The notes: generated from the sequence alone by a model not told the origin. A DNA stretch of 64,000 nucleotides from Phoronis australis (GCA_002633005.1 NMRA01000960.1:1-64000), one strand, 5' to 3'. Positions 1 to 13,000 are shown, counted from the first letter of the stretch. Translations and numbers: made by a program.

Positions 1-506
1 ATACGGGCGGTGGGTATGAAATAAAAGTGCCTTCCCCCCCTCCCATACAGATTTTGCTGGAACAGCCCTGATCATATGATATGTGCCTCGAGATTCTTTC
101 ACACAAAGGATTTGCTAATCTATACAATCATTGGGGGCATTTTGAGGCTCGCATTCAATCGTAAATGACAGCGCTGTAGATGAAATCCCTCGAGTTATTC
201 AGTGATTACAGGTCACAGATACAGGCTTATGAAAATTGATAAGTCGCTCGTGATCAAAAATCATCGGAAATTCTAAGCAAAAGATTTTTGTCTGTTCAGA
301 TGATTTAGAGTGCGCCACAACTTTGATGAACTCAAGGTTCTTGAAATTTCTCGTCATTTCAGGCTATCTGAAATGCTGTTTTGGCTTTTCAGCTAGAAAA
401 GCAGATTATTTGCTTTCATTTTGTTTTCATCATTCAGTCCTCCCAGTGTTCTACATTTGTTTTTAATTATCGTACTATGTAATGCTGATTTCTGTTTTCT
501 CTACAG

Positions 507-600
507 AAAATAGAAAGGCTCAAGTCTTCCCTGCACATGTTAGATGATGAAGGTCAGCCAAAAAATAAACACACATTTTTTGTTGACTCCAAAAAAGAAG
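507..600 (+). CDS. UTP11: UTP11 internal exon (94 nt)
   Basis: Acceptor ttttctctacag; KIERLKSSLHMLDDEGQPKNKHTFFVDSKKE; donor gtaatt at 601. Confidence 0.92.
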
Positions 601-2931
601 GTAATTATAATTAAAGTAAAATGATGTAATTGAGTGTTTTGGTACTAATGTCTAGTGTTGTTTCATCATTAGTAAGTGACCCTTAAATCATGGTGACCCT
701 TAAATCATGGTGACCCTTAAATCACGGTGACCCTTAAATCACGGTGACCCTTAAATCACGGTGACCCTTAAATCACGGTGACCCTTAAATCACGGTGACC
801 CTTAAATCACGGTGACCCTTAAATCCTGGTGATCACTCTGAATAGCTGCTTCTTTGTTTGCCATTATTTTTAGTACTTTTCCCAATTGTGAGTGATACGC
901 GATCATTTGTAATTTCTTATTGTTCTTGATTTGTAAACAAAATTAGCTTAAAATAGAACTCGCATTAATCGAGCCGTACCAGACCGAGAGATCTCATTTG
1001 AGGAAGGTGAAATCCTACTTATATGAACGACAGAGTGTACTGGCTAGAACTACTGAACGAGTTTTACTTTATATTGTTAATGCAATCAGTTAATGATAAT
1101 ATTCGTTATTTTTCTCAGCTAAATCATTTGACCCAGCTAAACAACTGAACACGCACCCTGCCTTGTTATGTCGATCTTACAACAGACCAACAATGGACAT
1201 GCTCAAAGCTGGACAAGTAGTGGCAGATCTTGATGAAGATACATTTATGGTAAGGTATGAGTGATGGAGCCTTGTTCAGATTTCGCAGAACACACCCTGG
1301 ACTTCCAAATAGCTGCGCCATGATAAAGTTCATAATTCCCCCAGACAATGATCTGGTGTTTGGTAGACAGGCGTTCAGCGCCACCTACAGATCCCATGTA
1401 ATGTGGACGGCAAGTTTCAACCTACTGGTACAAACAGCTTTCCTGCTATCAGAATGCTGACAAATTTTCACTGCTGTTTGGTGGGTGTACTTATGGCTTA
1501 CAGAAAAAGGCAAACTTCTTGAAATATCAATGGATGAACAGGGGAACATGTTCTGTACATTTCCCACTGTAAAGAATAATCCTTACCAAAGCCAGTGACT
1601 GCGGCTGAAAAAGTGAAATAATTTTGATGCCAGTGGATGTCAAACAGCTAGAATATTGGTAAATTTGAACTAATCAAACAATTGGAAGGGCTGTTTTTTA
1701 ATTAATGAGCCGCTATATAATGGTTGCATTTCCGTCCACTGAATCTTTGACGCGATTAAGCGGAAGTCACTTTCACGTTCTCATTACTCTAGAAAGCGTC
1801 AATATGAAAAGTCCGCTGTTGGGGAAAAAATTCAGTATACCCCATTTTTGAGCACCCATGTGGCGTTTAGCGTGCGTGACTGTTACAATATGCATTTTTG
1901 TCATTGGCAAGTGTAATTCAAGTTTTGAAGTAAGACATGTTTACACTTATAGTTCTTAGTGATCGCGATGTCTAGTATCAATTTTTTGCTTGTTTTAATG
2001 GTAGGAGCTTTCACAGGAACGAAAAAAGCAATATAAAGAACTTGGGAAAAGAATAGACAGAGAGAAAGAGTTGTCGATCATAGCACAAAAAATGGAAGTC
2101 AAGACACATCTGATGGTAAGTTTGATAGACGCAGTGGCCGTCTGCAAGACACTGTTGTTGGTTTTTGGTTACCGCATAGGTTTAATAATGTGGACATTTA
2201 CGAACAGTAAAGACGTCTGTCTGTACAGTTTTAAATTATTTGTAAGTTGCATCTTTTTTTTCATAACAATGCAACATTTAACTACCAATCACTGTAGTAG
2301 GTTCCCCTGCATGCTCCCATCATGCATCATCCTCCATCTCTCGTTTATGCTTATGGCAAAGTATTGATCGCGAGGTAGTTGAAACATAATTATAATATTA
2401 TTATTCCACGATGAAGGTAGAATTTTTATGTCAAACACCCATCCTGAACGTTGTCCTATGAGCTGCAGTGTGCAAGGTCTTTTTGTGCAGATAATTGTAA
2501 ACTTCAGTAATGTTTTGTTTTAGCTTGCTGGCAGAGCTTAACGTCACTGTTTTTGTAAACATAAGGATACAGTATATTGTGCGGCGTACTTTGTGTTAAA
2601 AACGCTCAAAAATGCAATTCTTTACAATATAATGATGCATTGCTTTGGATATACAATGAAATATCCTCGTTGCTGTGAAATGGACCTTTCTTAACTCAAA
2701 ATCACATTAAGCGTTAAGGTAACTAGTATGAAATGATTTGTGAATACAACCACATTCAGTTTGTGAGCTGTCGTGCATGTGATGGTGAAGGTACAATTTA
2801 TTTCATGCAACACAATAAAGAATTTAAATGACCACTATTTTCAGGATAAAAAGGCCAGAAAAAAGAAAGTGTCCGACGAAACGAGAGAGACAGCAGCTGT
2901 CTACAAGTGGACGCCACAGAGGAAAAAATAA
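507..2931 (+). CDS. UTP11: UTP11 small-subunit processome protein, 3' part (4 coding exons: 507-600, 1119-1249, 2005-2115, 2845-2931); 5' exons lie upstream of the window
   Basis: GT-AG exons join in frame (phases 1,0,0) to KIERLKSSLHMLDDEGQPKNKHTFFVDSKKE-AKSFDPAKQLNTHPALLCRSYNRPT...-ELSQERKKQYKELGKRIDREKEL...-DKKARKKKVSDETRETAAVYKWTPQRKK*, matching the recognisable Utp11 C-terminal half. Confidence 0.93.
676..828. repeat. 17-bp minisatellite (GTGACCCTTAAATCAYG) x9 in a UTP11 intron
   Basis: Nine head-to-tail, nearly identical copies read directly from the sequence. Confidence 0.97.
1119..1249 (+). CDS. UTP11: UTP11 internal exon (131 nt)
   Basis: Acceptor tttttctcag; (A)KSFDPAKQLNTHPALLCRSYNRPTMDMLKAGQVVADLDEDTFM; donor gtaagg. 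Confidence 0.92.
2005..2115 (+). CDS. UTP11: UTP11 internal exon (111 nt)
   Basis: Acceptor ...atggtag; ELSQERKKQYKELGKRIDREKELSIIAQKMEVKTHLM; donor gtaagt. An alternative in-frame acceptor (tttcacag) lies 12 nt downstream. Confidence 0.88.
2845..2931 (+). CDS. UTP11: UTP11 last coding exon
   Basis: Acceptor tattttcag; DKKARKKKVSDETRETAAVYKWTPQRKK, stop TAA at 2929-2931. Confidence 0.92.
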   Translation, partial: DKKARKKKVSDETRETAAVYKWTPQRKK

Positions 2932-3253
2932 CATAAGAACATTAATGTGTAATAATAATAATTTATTATTTATTGAACACACATAAACTGTGACTGGTGG
3001 CTGGCCAGACATATCATCTAGTTCTCAAAGCTGTTAAAGTCTACCTTGAACGGTAACACAGGTGGAGTTGGATTCTACAATACTTTTTAGTATCATTCCG
3101 AGGACACAAATGCCAAAAGTCACCAAATGAACTCTTAGTTCTTCCGCCTACATTTCTACAGGATTCTTTTTACGGTGTTCTTTTCAGATCACTATTCAAC
3201 AACTTTAGATGTGTTGTTTCGTTCATGAAAGCTAATCAGGTGTGCTTGAGACA

Positions 3254-3443
3254 TAATAAAAATATGCAAACTGCACTCACAACAGAAATTAAAGAAATCA
3301 CTATGAGCCTTTCAACAGCAATCCATCTTGTTCACAACACCTAGAGGACATTCTCAGAGTAAATAAGATGGCGGATTGCTGTTGAAACGATCTCGGTGAT
3401 TCATCTCATTTTTGCTGCTAGTATGGTTTACATATTTTTATTA
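3254..3443. mobile_element. Palindromic MITE-like element between the UTP11 and MRPS9 3' ends
   Basis: Arm taataaaaatatgcaaact...tttcaacagcaatccatcttg mirrors aagatggcggattgctgttgaaa...ggtttacatatttttatta. Confidence 0.75.
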
Positions 3444-3590
3444 GATCTGTTGTTTGATCTCTGCTCTCACAGCAATGCAGTATGATGCAAAAAGACTACT
3501 CCATGTTCCATGTGGTGTACCTTTGCTAGAGTGATTAAATCAATTTTTCCTCGTGTTGCTTAAGTAGTGATCGAACCGCAGTACACACCA

Positions 3591-3838
3591 AAAGTATTCA
3601 GACAAAATGACCCAGAATTTCCCGTCATGACAGCTGGACGGAAGCTGATTTCATAGTTGGAGTAGCCTTCCCTCAAGACAGACTGAAGGGGAATTATTAG
3701 GAAAGTTAGTATTAAAGGTGGCTATAAAGCAATTCTGTAAATAGAAGTTTGAAGTCATAATTGCTGTCATTTTTTGCTGTTAACTGAATTAGTCAAGACG
3801 GGGTAGCGGTATTTTGTCGGATTACATTTGTCTGGTAC
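3591..3838. repeat. Old dispersed repeat; second diverged copy at about 14571-14825
   Basis: Colinear shared blocks aaagtattc, cccgtcatgac, gaagctga, taggaaagttagta and tttgtc.gattac at both loci. Confidence 0.75.
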
Positions 3839-3996
3839 TTTATCTGTATAGCCCAATACAACTTATTAAGTAACAAAAATCTGTCGAAGGAAGACTTTAA
3901 ATCTTGTTCTCAACTGTCTGGATGTCATCCTCAAACAGAGACCGACTTCAGCATAAGAGTACAGAAATTGCTCCAAAGGAAGGCAAAGCTTGCTCC

Positions 3997-4009
3997 TCAT
4001 CTCTTCTTC
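3997..4009 (-). CDS. MRPS9: MRPS9 exon 13 (13 coding nt)
   Basis: gtttctgcttacag G AAG AAG AGA TGA completes the conserved ...WKKR* end of uS9. Confidence 0.9.
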
Positions 4010-7000
4010 CTGTAAGCAGAAACGTGTGCTGTGTCATGCTTGTTGAGGGAACAACCAATAGAGAATGGCTGATAAACAGCATTTATGTCATGAACATGGC
4101 ATTATCTTACTATCAGCTACTCTGTGTATTTGTGAACCAGGAATTTTTAACATGCACGTAGTCACTAAGGGACTGTTTATTATATTAACGCCATTTTCAA
4201 AAGCACACAGACCTTGTAATATACACTAAACAAAGTGTAGTTGTCAACTTGTAAATGTGAAAACAAAAAATATCTGCCAATTGGTGGCCTTTGCACTTAT
4301 GACGTACCTCACGGGCTCACATCGTGTAGTGTTATTCCCCACCACCGCACCATGATACTTACTGGACACGGCTCAGTGATTTGCGGTGGATCATTTTAAC
4401 CACAAAATCCATTTATAAAAAACATTTGGCAATTTTCAACCTACCTAGTTCATATTCAGATCGTCGCTATATGTTGTGTTTCTAACTTATTTGGCCAAGC
4501 AATGACAGATATAAGGAATTAGCCTGCAAGTTCCATTTTAAGGGCAGGGGCCAAAGCATGACGCTTGCATTGCTTTTGACGTCACGAAAATAGCAATGTC
4601 AACTAAATTCAACATTTAATAACATTTCACACTGTAAAACATGAGGAAACAACCAATAGCAGAAATGCCACCAAGATCTAACCAGGCAAAAACAAAATTC
4701 ATTAAGAATTGTTTCAACATTATATGTTCATGAAAAGGGCAATAGTTTTGAGTTGGCCCTAAGTGTTTGTCTTAAAAATTTATAACCAAAAAACAACTCG
4801 TTTTATTCAACAAAATGATCTGAACAAGATAGATGTCCATTCTGGTCATAAAAATGGACTTGTTCAATTTCTGCTAGAACAGTGTCTGTGGGTACCAGAG
4901 GAGGAATGTAAAATTCTAAAATTGACCTCACCTTGTACTTTACTCGGACTAAAAGTGGTTTCTGACAAATTGTTGAAGAATTAAGTAAAGTATCCGACTT
5001 GTTCGTGTTATCACTTTATTCACCAGAGGCAATGTGCCATTGGAAATCAGCTGTTTGTGGACACTAGAGGGAGCTTCTAATGAATGCTTCAGGGTTTTAC
5101 AACTGCCACGTGATACATACCAAGTCCACTTCTTTCTGGCCTTTTCCTGGCCAAACTTCTTTCTCTCTTTAAACCTACGATCTTCCTGAAGCAAACCAGC
5201 TGAAATGAATCAAATGTTGAGGTCAAAAAGACACCGAAGAGTGAAACACACAGGTCTAATTACAGTCACCAACCACTTGATGTCTAATGACTTGGTTAAA
5301 CATAATAAAACCTACAATGTTGTCGAGTAAGCAATCTTGTTGATTTTTTAAGGAATCCATTCAACATGATTGTAGTGTTATTTCAAGAGCCCTTACAAGA
5401 CCATCTAGAGTACCCTTTTTAAACTGAATCTCAATAAAAATACGATATAGGGCATATACATGCCACATTTAACAACTTCCCAAGCCTTTGGCTCACAGTA
5501 TACCACAGATACATGAATTTCAACTTCAGTGTACAATAAAAGTGTGTACACTAAGAACCATACAATGAAATGGGCGGATATTTCCTAATTACTACTGCAA
5601 TAGTTTCGTATTAAAGGGGAAAGCAACCATTTTTGATGTTAGTTATAATCAAAAGGGTTTTGTTTTGATTACTGTTGCCGTGACGAAAATTTACTATTCA
5701 TGAAACAACAGAATGCGATGTGGACGACCCAGCAAAAGACCCGCATCTTGGTTCTATATTCACCTCCATTTATGTCCAAATCGCTATTGAACACACTATG
5801 TCATTCATTCAATCATGTTTGGTCAGTGGATGTGAATACAGGAGCAATTGACCTAACACAAGCTCCGCCCCCTTGTGTAATGTCGACAACCAAACAATAA
5901 GTTTTACCCGGCAACATGATGTTTGTCGGGTAAAATGGCAGCTTGGAAACGAAGGTGTGTCAAGAATGCTGCATTCCTATTGGTCAGTTAAGCCATCACT
6001 CAAAGTCCTGACGATAGTTCAATTGAGATGCAAGTCTTTTGCTTGGCTGTTTACCTCTGTTGCTTTATGGAGAGTAAATACATGTGAAGGGAAGAGCAGT
6101 TAAATTGAAAATGTCCTTCCAAGATGATGCAAGATCTGTATTTTACTCAAGGAAATCTCAAAAATCAGTTTCGTTCCTCCTTATCATTCGTGGAAAACAC
6201 AATAAGCTTTCTCTAACATGGACAGTTAAATGATACCTAGCCTGAACTTTTCCACAGTCGCTGCGTCCACAAAGCTGCACAAGGCCCGAGCCAGGGCCAG
6301 ACGTATGGCCCCTGACTGAGTGCTGGGTCCACCCTCGTCCACAGTTATAACGACGTCCATTTCGCCGAGCCTTCCAGCCAGCTGGAGTGGAAACATGACC
6401 TGCTCTCTAAAATAAGGAGAACTGATTAAAAAGGGGACTGCTTGAATGTGAACGAGTCACTCTACATTAGCACACAGCTGAAATACAAACAACCACAATC
6501 GGAATGATAACAGAGGATACAGGTTCAGTTCAAGGTTATGTAGCACCATATCGGCAAGTCAGCAGCATATTTAACCACATATCTACAAAACTATAGATTT
6601 TTACCCCGCAGCGGAAAGTCTGTAAATTTTGACTTTTTATCAAACTGAAATTAATCGGGTCAAGTGACTATGTCTTATTAAGTAAAATTTATCAAAAAGG
6701 AAAGGTACATTGATAGCAAAACTACCGTGTCAATAACATGTTGACCCAATCTGTTTAATATATTTGACACTCAAAATCATGAAACAGCAGCTGTAACAGT
6801 TTTTTAAATCACCATTACTTTCTTACTAACTGTTTTTTCAAGTAAACCTATTTTTTATAGCCCCTCATGCAAAAGTGGATCATTTCAACTGCAATTCCTA
6901 ACAGCATTTTGTAGAATACTGCACAAAGCACAGTATCTGAAGGTTTCATATTGTGATCATCTGTTTCCAAGATAAGATGTTCCAAAGTTGACCAAATCTG

Positions 7001-10000
7001 GAATTTTTCTTGGTTTGTACAAAACCTGAAATCACCATTAGAAAGATGACACTATCAAATAATACCACCAATCAAGCTGTACTTCGGCGAAGATGATTCT
7101 TTTTTTATTACAAGCCAAGAATGCTTCATTAATATTTGCTGAGGGTGCATAATTGTGGTTACATGCTACAGCAGACTCTGTTGTCAAACTAATATTAGCC
7201 ACGTTTTTAAAATATTACTAGAAGTATCATCCCTGAGGACAGCATCCATTGCGTTAATCGGTGCTGATTGCACAGGAAGCACCAAGAGTTCTGTCTGCAC
7301 ACACCTGTCTTGTACAGTGCCAAAGTATAATATATCGTGCTGTCCATTAATTGTGACCTGTCCACTGCCATTTTCCCACACTTGCACAGTGGCATCGGTC
7401 CGCTTTTTTCGTCCATGACTCTCTATGTATCGTCGGCCATTTTCAGCTTCAATGGGCTAAAATTAATAAATACACCAGTGGATTAGCTGCAATATGTAAT
7501 AAATGTGAAATGATGATGTCAGTCATATGTTGGTAAGTCTGATCTTCACTAATAAGTTCTGTAATACGGTTATTACAGTTTGTGTAATTTGTCCTCAAGT
7601 AAGACGAATTTAGCATTACCTGGATAAACCCTATTGGATCGATTGGATTCAATTTGTGTGAGATTCACTGCACATGCAGAAACACACACAGAGTCCTATA
7701 CCAAATATCAATTAAGATTAAGCTACACCTCAGGGATGCCTCATAATTGTAGGGGCCTTTTAAAAGTTGTGTGGACCGATAAGGAGAGGAGGTGAAAATC
7801 GTGGCGCCTGAAGCAGCTCAAATTACCAGACAAAGAGTGCACCGAATTTTTTTAAAGCTGGTTAATCCCGAAAATACAAAACTGTGCACTGAACACACAA
7901 CTGAAGTAGACATTAACAAATCACATAAGATGTATGAATCTGCGAAATGTTCCTAAAAATATCAAACATGATAAATTTTTCAGTTGGTAGTCATTGGCTA
8001 GTTACACCTACATTGTTTTGAAAACCATTCGTATGTAATTTTAAATTTTATTACAATTAATTTATTCCATACCAACACTATAGTCTAAAATGTGGCAGAA
8101 ATGACATGAATGAATCTCTGCCATTGTGAAAGGAAAATTAGTCCGTGCTGCATATTGTACACGATACCCACCGTGAGCAATTGAAGCTGTTAACAGTCAA
8201 GACCAAGACTAAGCAGCAATGTATTGCAAAATAAAATGGGCAGGCATATTTAGGGTATCAACATGTTAGCTATGACATCCAAAAGAATGTCATTGATGAT
8301 GTTGCAAACCGTATGACAGTATAGGTGTTTACTGGTGGCGACCGGAGGTTGGGGGTTCACAGCTCCCTAGACTCACATGTCTCTGAGGTTATCTTGATGC
8401 TTCTTCCCCCCCCCCTCTCCCGACAGAATGTCAGCTAGACAAAGACTTCTCACCTGTGGTATACTTTGGGAGATGTCCTGAGTCAAAAGTTCCTGTCGGA
8501 ACTTCATGAGGTAACCCTGGGCTCTGTTAGAGTACTCATGAGTAAGCACACGGTTTAGTAACGTGACAAACTGAAAATGCTGCAACGAGAACAGAAATAC
8601 ATCGCAGTTAAAGGCCACATGTCAAACTCGGAATTATAAACAAGATTACATCTAAATAACAGAAACGCACACTATATTATGCAAAGCCTGAATGAAACTT
8701 GAGTAAGTTTGGACCTAAACAGGTAGAATAATTTTGGCTAAGTAAGGTAAAGTCCAATATACTTCAAAAGCTGATTGCATGACCTAGAACAATGTGCTGA
8801 AATTTGTCTGAGTTGAGCGAACACCTGACTTGCGTGCATCTCATGTGAGTTTCATTGGATCCTAAAACGTAGACCTTGAGAACAATTATGTAACAAACAT
8901 CCACAGCTATGAAACTGACGCAACCAGAAACAGTAAATACCGAGTTAACTGTGTGCCACACATTCTGCATTGCGTAATTTATGCGGGAATCGGGATGCAA
9001 GTGGCATAGTGCAAGTAAAAGACACCACCAGGGATACAACTGGGAAAAGTTATCTTGTCATGTAATGTTTCCCAAGTACATTTACTGCAGCTTAGAGCAC
9101 TCTTTCACTGTATATCCCTTCACTCAAACAATAAATAAAGCAACCCATTACCAGATAATGCCTTGGTTAAAACTACCACAAACACTTCAAGTCTGGTCCG
9201 TACGCCACCTGTTGGCCACATCACGTGACCGAATGAACATAAAGTCCGAAAAGATTTCTGCCCCCGACTGGGACTCGAACCCAGGACCTTCTGCTAACTG
9301 TGCAGACGCTCTAGCCACTGAGCCATCGTGACCACTGGTCAAACAAGGAAATCCAATCAGATTTAGCAATGGACATCCCACCCATAAACTCGTGAGTGGA
9401 ACCAGTGTGGAAGTATAGATCACAAACAATCTGGTCTGCACGCCACCTGTTGGTTAAAACTACTTGAAAACTAGTATGGCCACCACAGAAATAGGCATAA
9501 CCAACAAAAACGATTTCAAATGTCAAAAGTTTTATGTAAAGCCGCTACAATCCCCGCAACTTGTGATTCAGAGTACTCCCCACTATAAAATTGGCCTCAA
9601 CTGGTTACTTGATTGTCTGACAGTTCATAATTCTTTGACACCATGCACATAAAAATCACAAGCCAACTTGAAGAGCATTCAACTTTGACTAAGGAACAAT
9701 TTGAGACGGTATAGGTGGTCCAAGTCAATGGCTGCCACTTTAAATCCAACGAGTCATTTTCACATTTTTTAAGGAGAAATAAAACTGAAAAAGCCAAAGA
9801 GGCGAGGCAGCCAGGGGCCTCGATGCCTCAACCTTGGGGCCAAATATCAGCCCCATTCTCACTTTGGAAAACACTAAAAATCAAACAGAATTCCCTCATC
9901 AGGTTCGAAATTTCCATTCCAAAGATTTAAAATTTCCTTTACAGCAGGCCCCAGGTAATGTTGAAGTGGTAATCCTTACCTCATTTTCACTAACAGGCTC

Positions 10001-13000
10001 GACAAGTCGGTTCTCGAGGGTTTTGGCACTGATCCACTCGCTGCCTTTACCAGTCCTGCAATACAATGAAAAATAAACAGTGAAAGTGTTACAATTCGTT
10101 GATGTGTACATATGACAAACATTAATTCTGTTACATTAATGGAATTTCACAATATGAACAAGAATACATTGACCTAGCTAGAAAATAAAGCATTTTGAAA
10201 CATTTTTGAGCGATATCAGGCATTCCATCGAAACATTACACAAGAGAAGGACTGATTAATGTACCATTGCTCATGAGCCGGAGCTTCCCGAAACCCTTTA
10301 GCAATCATGGCGTCTTGGTGTCTGTTTAACTCGTCCAGCAAGAGAGCGGTTTCCTGTTGGGTGTAAATGTTATATTTTGATTAATCATATAATCACAGGA
10401 CCTTGGAAGCAGTGTGGGTGGCGTTACATTGAAATAGCAGTCCAACCACTTACGGAAACAGCAGATGGAGAGCTACACACCTTGAATACAAATGAGCTCA
10501 GTTCATAGCTCACATCTGTAGCAAAATAAACTATGAGGACTTTAATTCGAGAAGCGTCGAGGCAGATGTCTCACTTGTTGGATTTCTTTCATGTCGTGAC
10601 CGTAAAGTCTCGCTGCATGTGGGCAAGGTGAGATAAGTGCTCAGCCGATTACCTCTGGTAGCCAATGAAAATTCATTATTGAATCTGCACCTAACAACAA
10701 ATCTTAGTCGCTTGCTGTAAGGCGTGTGCTACGTTTACAATATTCACTTCAAATTTAGTTTACAGGCCAGTGAGCATTAATTTTTTACCTCGCTGTTTGC
10801 GGGTAGCAATGACAAGAGGTAAATTTCACTTGAGGCAGATAGCACAGCTCATGGCCTGTAGCGGCTCTAACAGAGCACACCTACAAGTATCATGCGAGAA
10901 ATACTCCCACAAATCCTTGCATGCTGATGAGTAGCTTTCTGTTCTCACTCTCATCAGATAATAAAAGAGAACCCCTTTACAATTAACACTCCCTGGTATA
11001 TATGCTTCTCTCTTGTCTTTAGCTAGCTAGCAATGCAACAATACTACTCTGGTACTGTACAACCGATGAGTAAAGAAAATAACATATATTGCAAAAGCCA
11101 ACATGTTTCAACAGCTCCATTGTCAAAGACTAAAAAGATATGGTTGTCCTATAACAGGGCGTGAATAAATTGAAAAAACCTACATAAGCAAGGCTAACTA
11201 TAAAACGTGGAATCACAGTCCTAATTGTACAGTGACATACGATAATGAGTAAGCTGGATGTTTAGATTAGGAGCATGTCCAGTGATGCACGAGGCTTCTT
11301 TAATCTTGAAAAGGACAGTGGAGCTGTCGAAACCTGTTCGCTATTTTAATATATGTTAGTTACTTTCTTTATTCATTTGTTATTGAGACAATCGTTGGTG
11401 CGAGTGAGTTAAGATATAACTCTGGTTTGCATGAAAGCATTTTTCACTGGATATTGAAACAAATCTTGACAGGACAGCCTATCATTTTATGAAGAGGTTA
11501 ATGATCCTACATGAGATTAAAGGAAGTTACACTTATTCGGAGATGTTTTAAATAATTTTTTATACAACAATAACTTTTGACAAAAATTTCCTGAACCATC
11601 TAGGAAGAACACAAAAATATTTCACTAGTAAAAAGTGAGGATGGGTATTGTCAGGTTTTTTTACAAAACTTAAGCAGTGACATTTATTCCCAAACATATT
11701 CAGCAGTTATAAGTTTCAACAGGTTAAAAACTACTCACGTGCATAATTTGGTAAAACTGTGGTTTTCCAGTATAAAATAGATAATGAAAAGGCCGACCGT
11801 CCATTCCAAACTGGGCAGCTGAAAACAAAATAGAAAATTATTTACACAAATTTTACATTAGGAATGCGTGACATACGACTCCATCAAAAAAAAAAACAGC
11901 CAGTGTCTTCAGTCAATTGAAGTTTGGTTAGGAAACCAGATGACGATGACATTTCTAAAGCAGCTGGCTACATTTTCAGGCTTGAGTCAAATACGATAAT
12001 GAAGGGCAGCCTTAAGATAACCATTCGAAATCATGGAGTGTGATTGGTCCATTTTAGTTGTGGACTTTTTAACAGCTCTTAAAGGGATACTAAACCCTGT
12101 TTTGATGAATTCCACCAATCCTCGTTCTGTCACCTGCTAAATAAATGCATTATTGGCGTCAATCTTCTAAGTTAATGAATCAACTAAAAACACATAAATC
12201 ATTTAAGGCTATGAGAGATGACTAGGCTAAATAGGTGCTTAGAATATTGAGGACACTCATAACTGTGCTCACATACACTAGGCCTTTTCAAATTGATTTG
12301 CAAGGTCAGTGAAAGCAGTATTTTGTGAACCCTGCTCTCAGTCATACAACTGTCCCAGTTGGCCTGTGTCAGTAAAGACACATTAACAAAGGTTTATTAT
12401 CCTAGCTGAGAAGATACTTGTTTTATAACCCCCTGTGGATTCAGCATAGCCTATGCCTAGAATGACGTTGGCAAGGTCAAGTGCAAAGTCTATCCTAAAT
12501 GTTACTCACTAACATTGTCTAGCTTCATGTGAACATGCCATAGAACATGAATTAGAACCAGTTATATAGAGGTCAAAGTTTACCAAATCAAACTCACCTT
12601 TTCGACTGGGGAAGATTTCTAAAGGATGCTGCAATAGAGAAAAGAATTTCATTAATATTCATGACTTGGGTTGCTAAAACAACGTGGTCCTCTAAGCAAT
12701 AACTACAGCAACGTCTGACTACTGTAATATGAGCAAAATTCACAGATCGCACGCTTTCATCAGTGGATAGGTAGGCTGTTGTGTTTTGGTATAATTATCT
12801 TCTTTACAAAACTTACTAATTCAGACCCAATTATGGTAGACAACCAAATTACAGTGTTAGAGCAGTAACAATTTGATTTGTATGTATAGGAGTGATACCA
12901 TAACCACACACTTTACCATTACAAAACAGATACACATTTACGAGGTTCAGATACAGAATACGCTGTCGTGACGTTATGGTTATATTTGCGAGACTGAAAA

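Noticed and set aside
9260-9332. Bona fide tRNA gene (AGT anticodon)
   Set aside because: Non-canonical anticodon loop, mismatched acceptor stem, no oligo-T terminator directly after it, and embedded in a TSD-flanked insertion.
11865-11920. Possible minus-strand hammerhead (CTGAAGA...GTC)
   Set aside because: No GAAA core, and helix II is interrupted by a T run; too degenerate to support.
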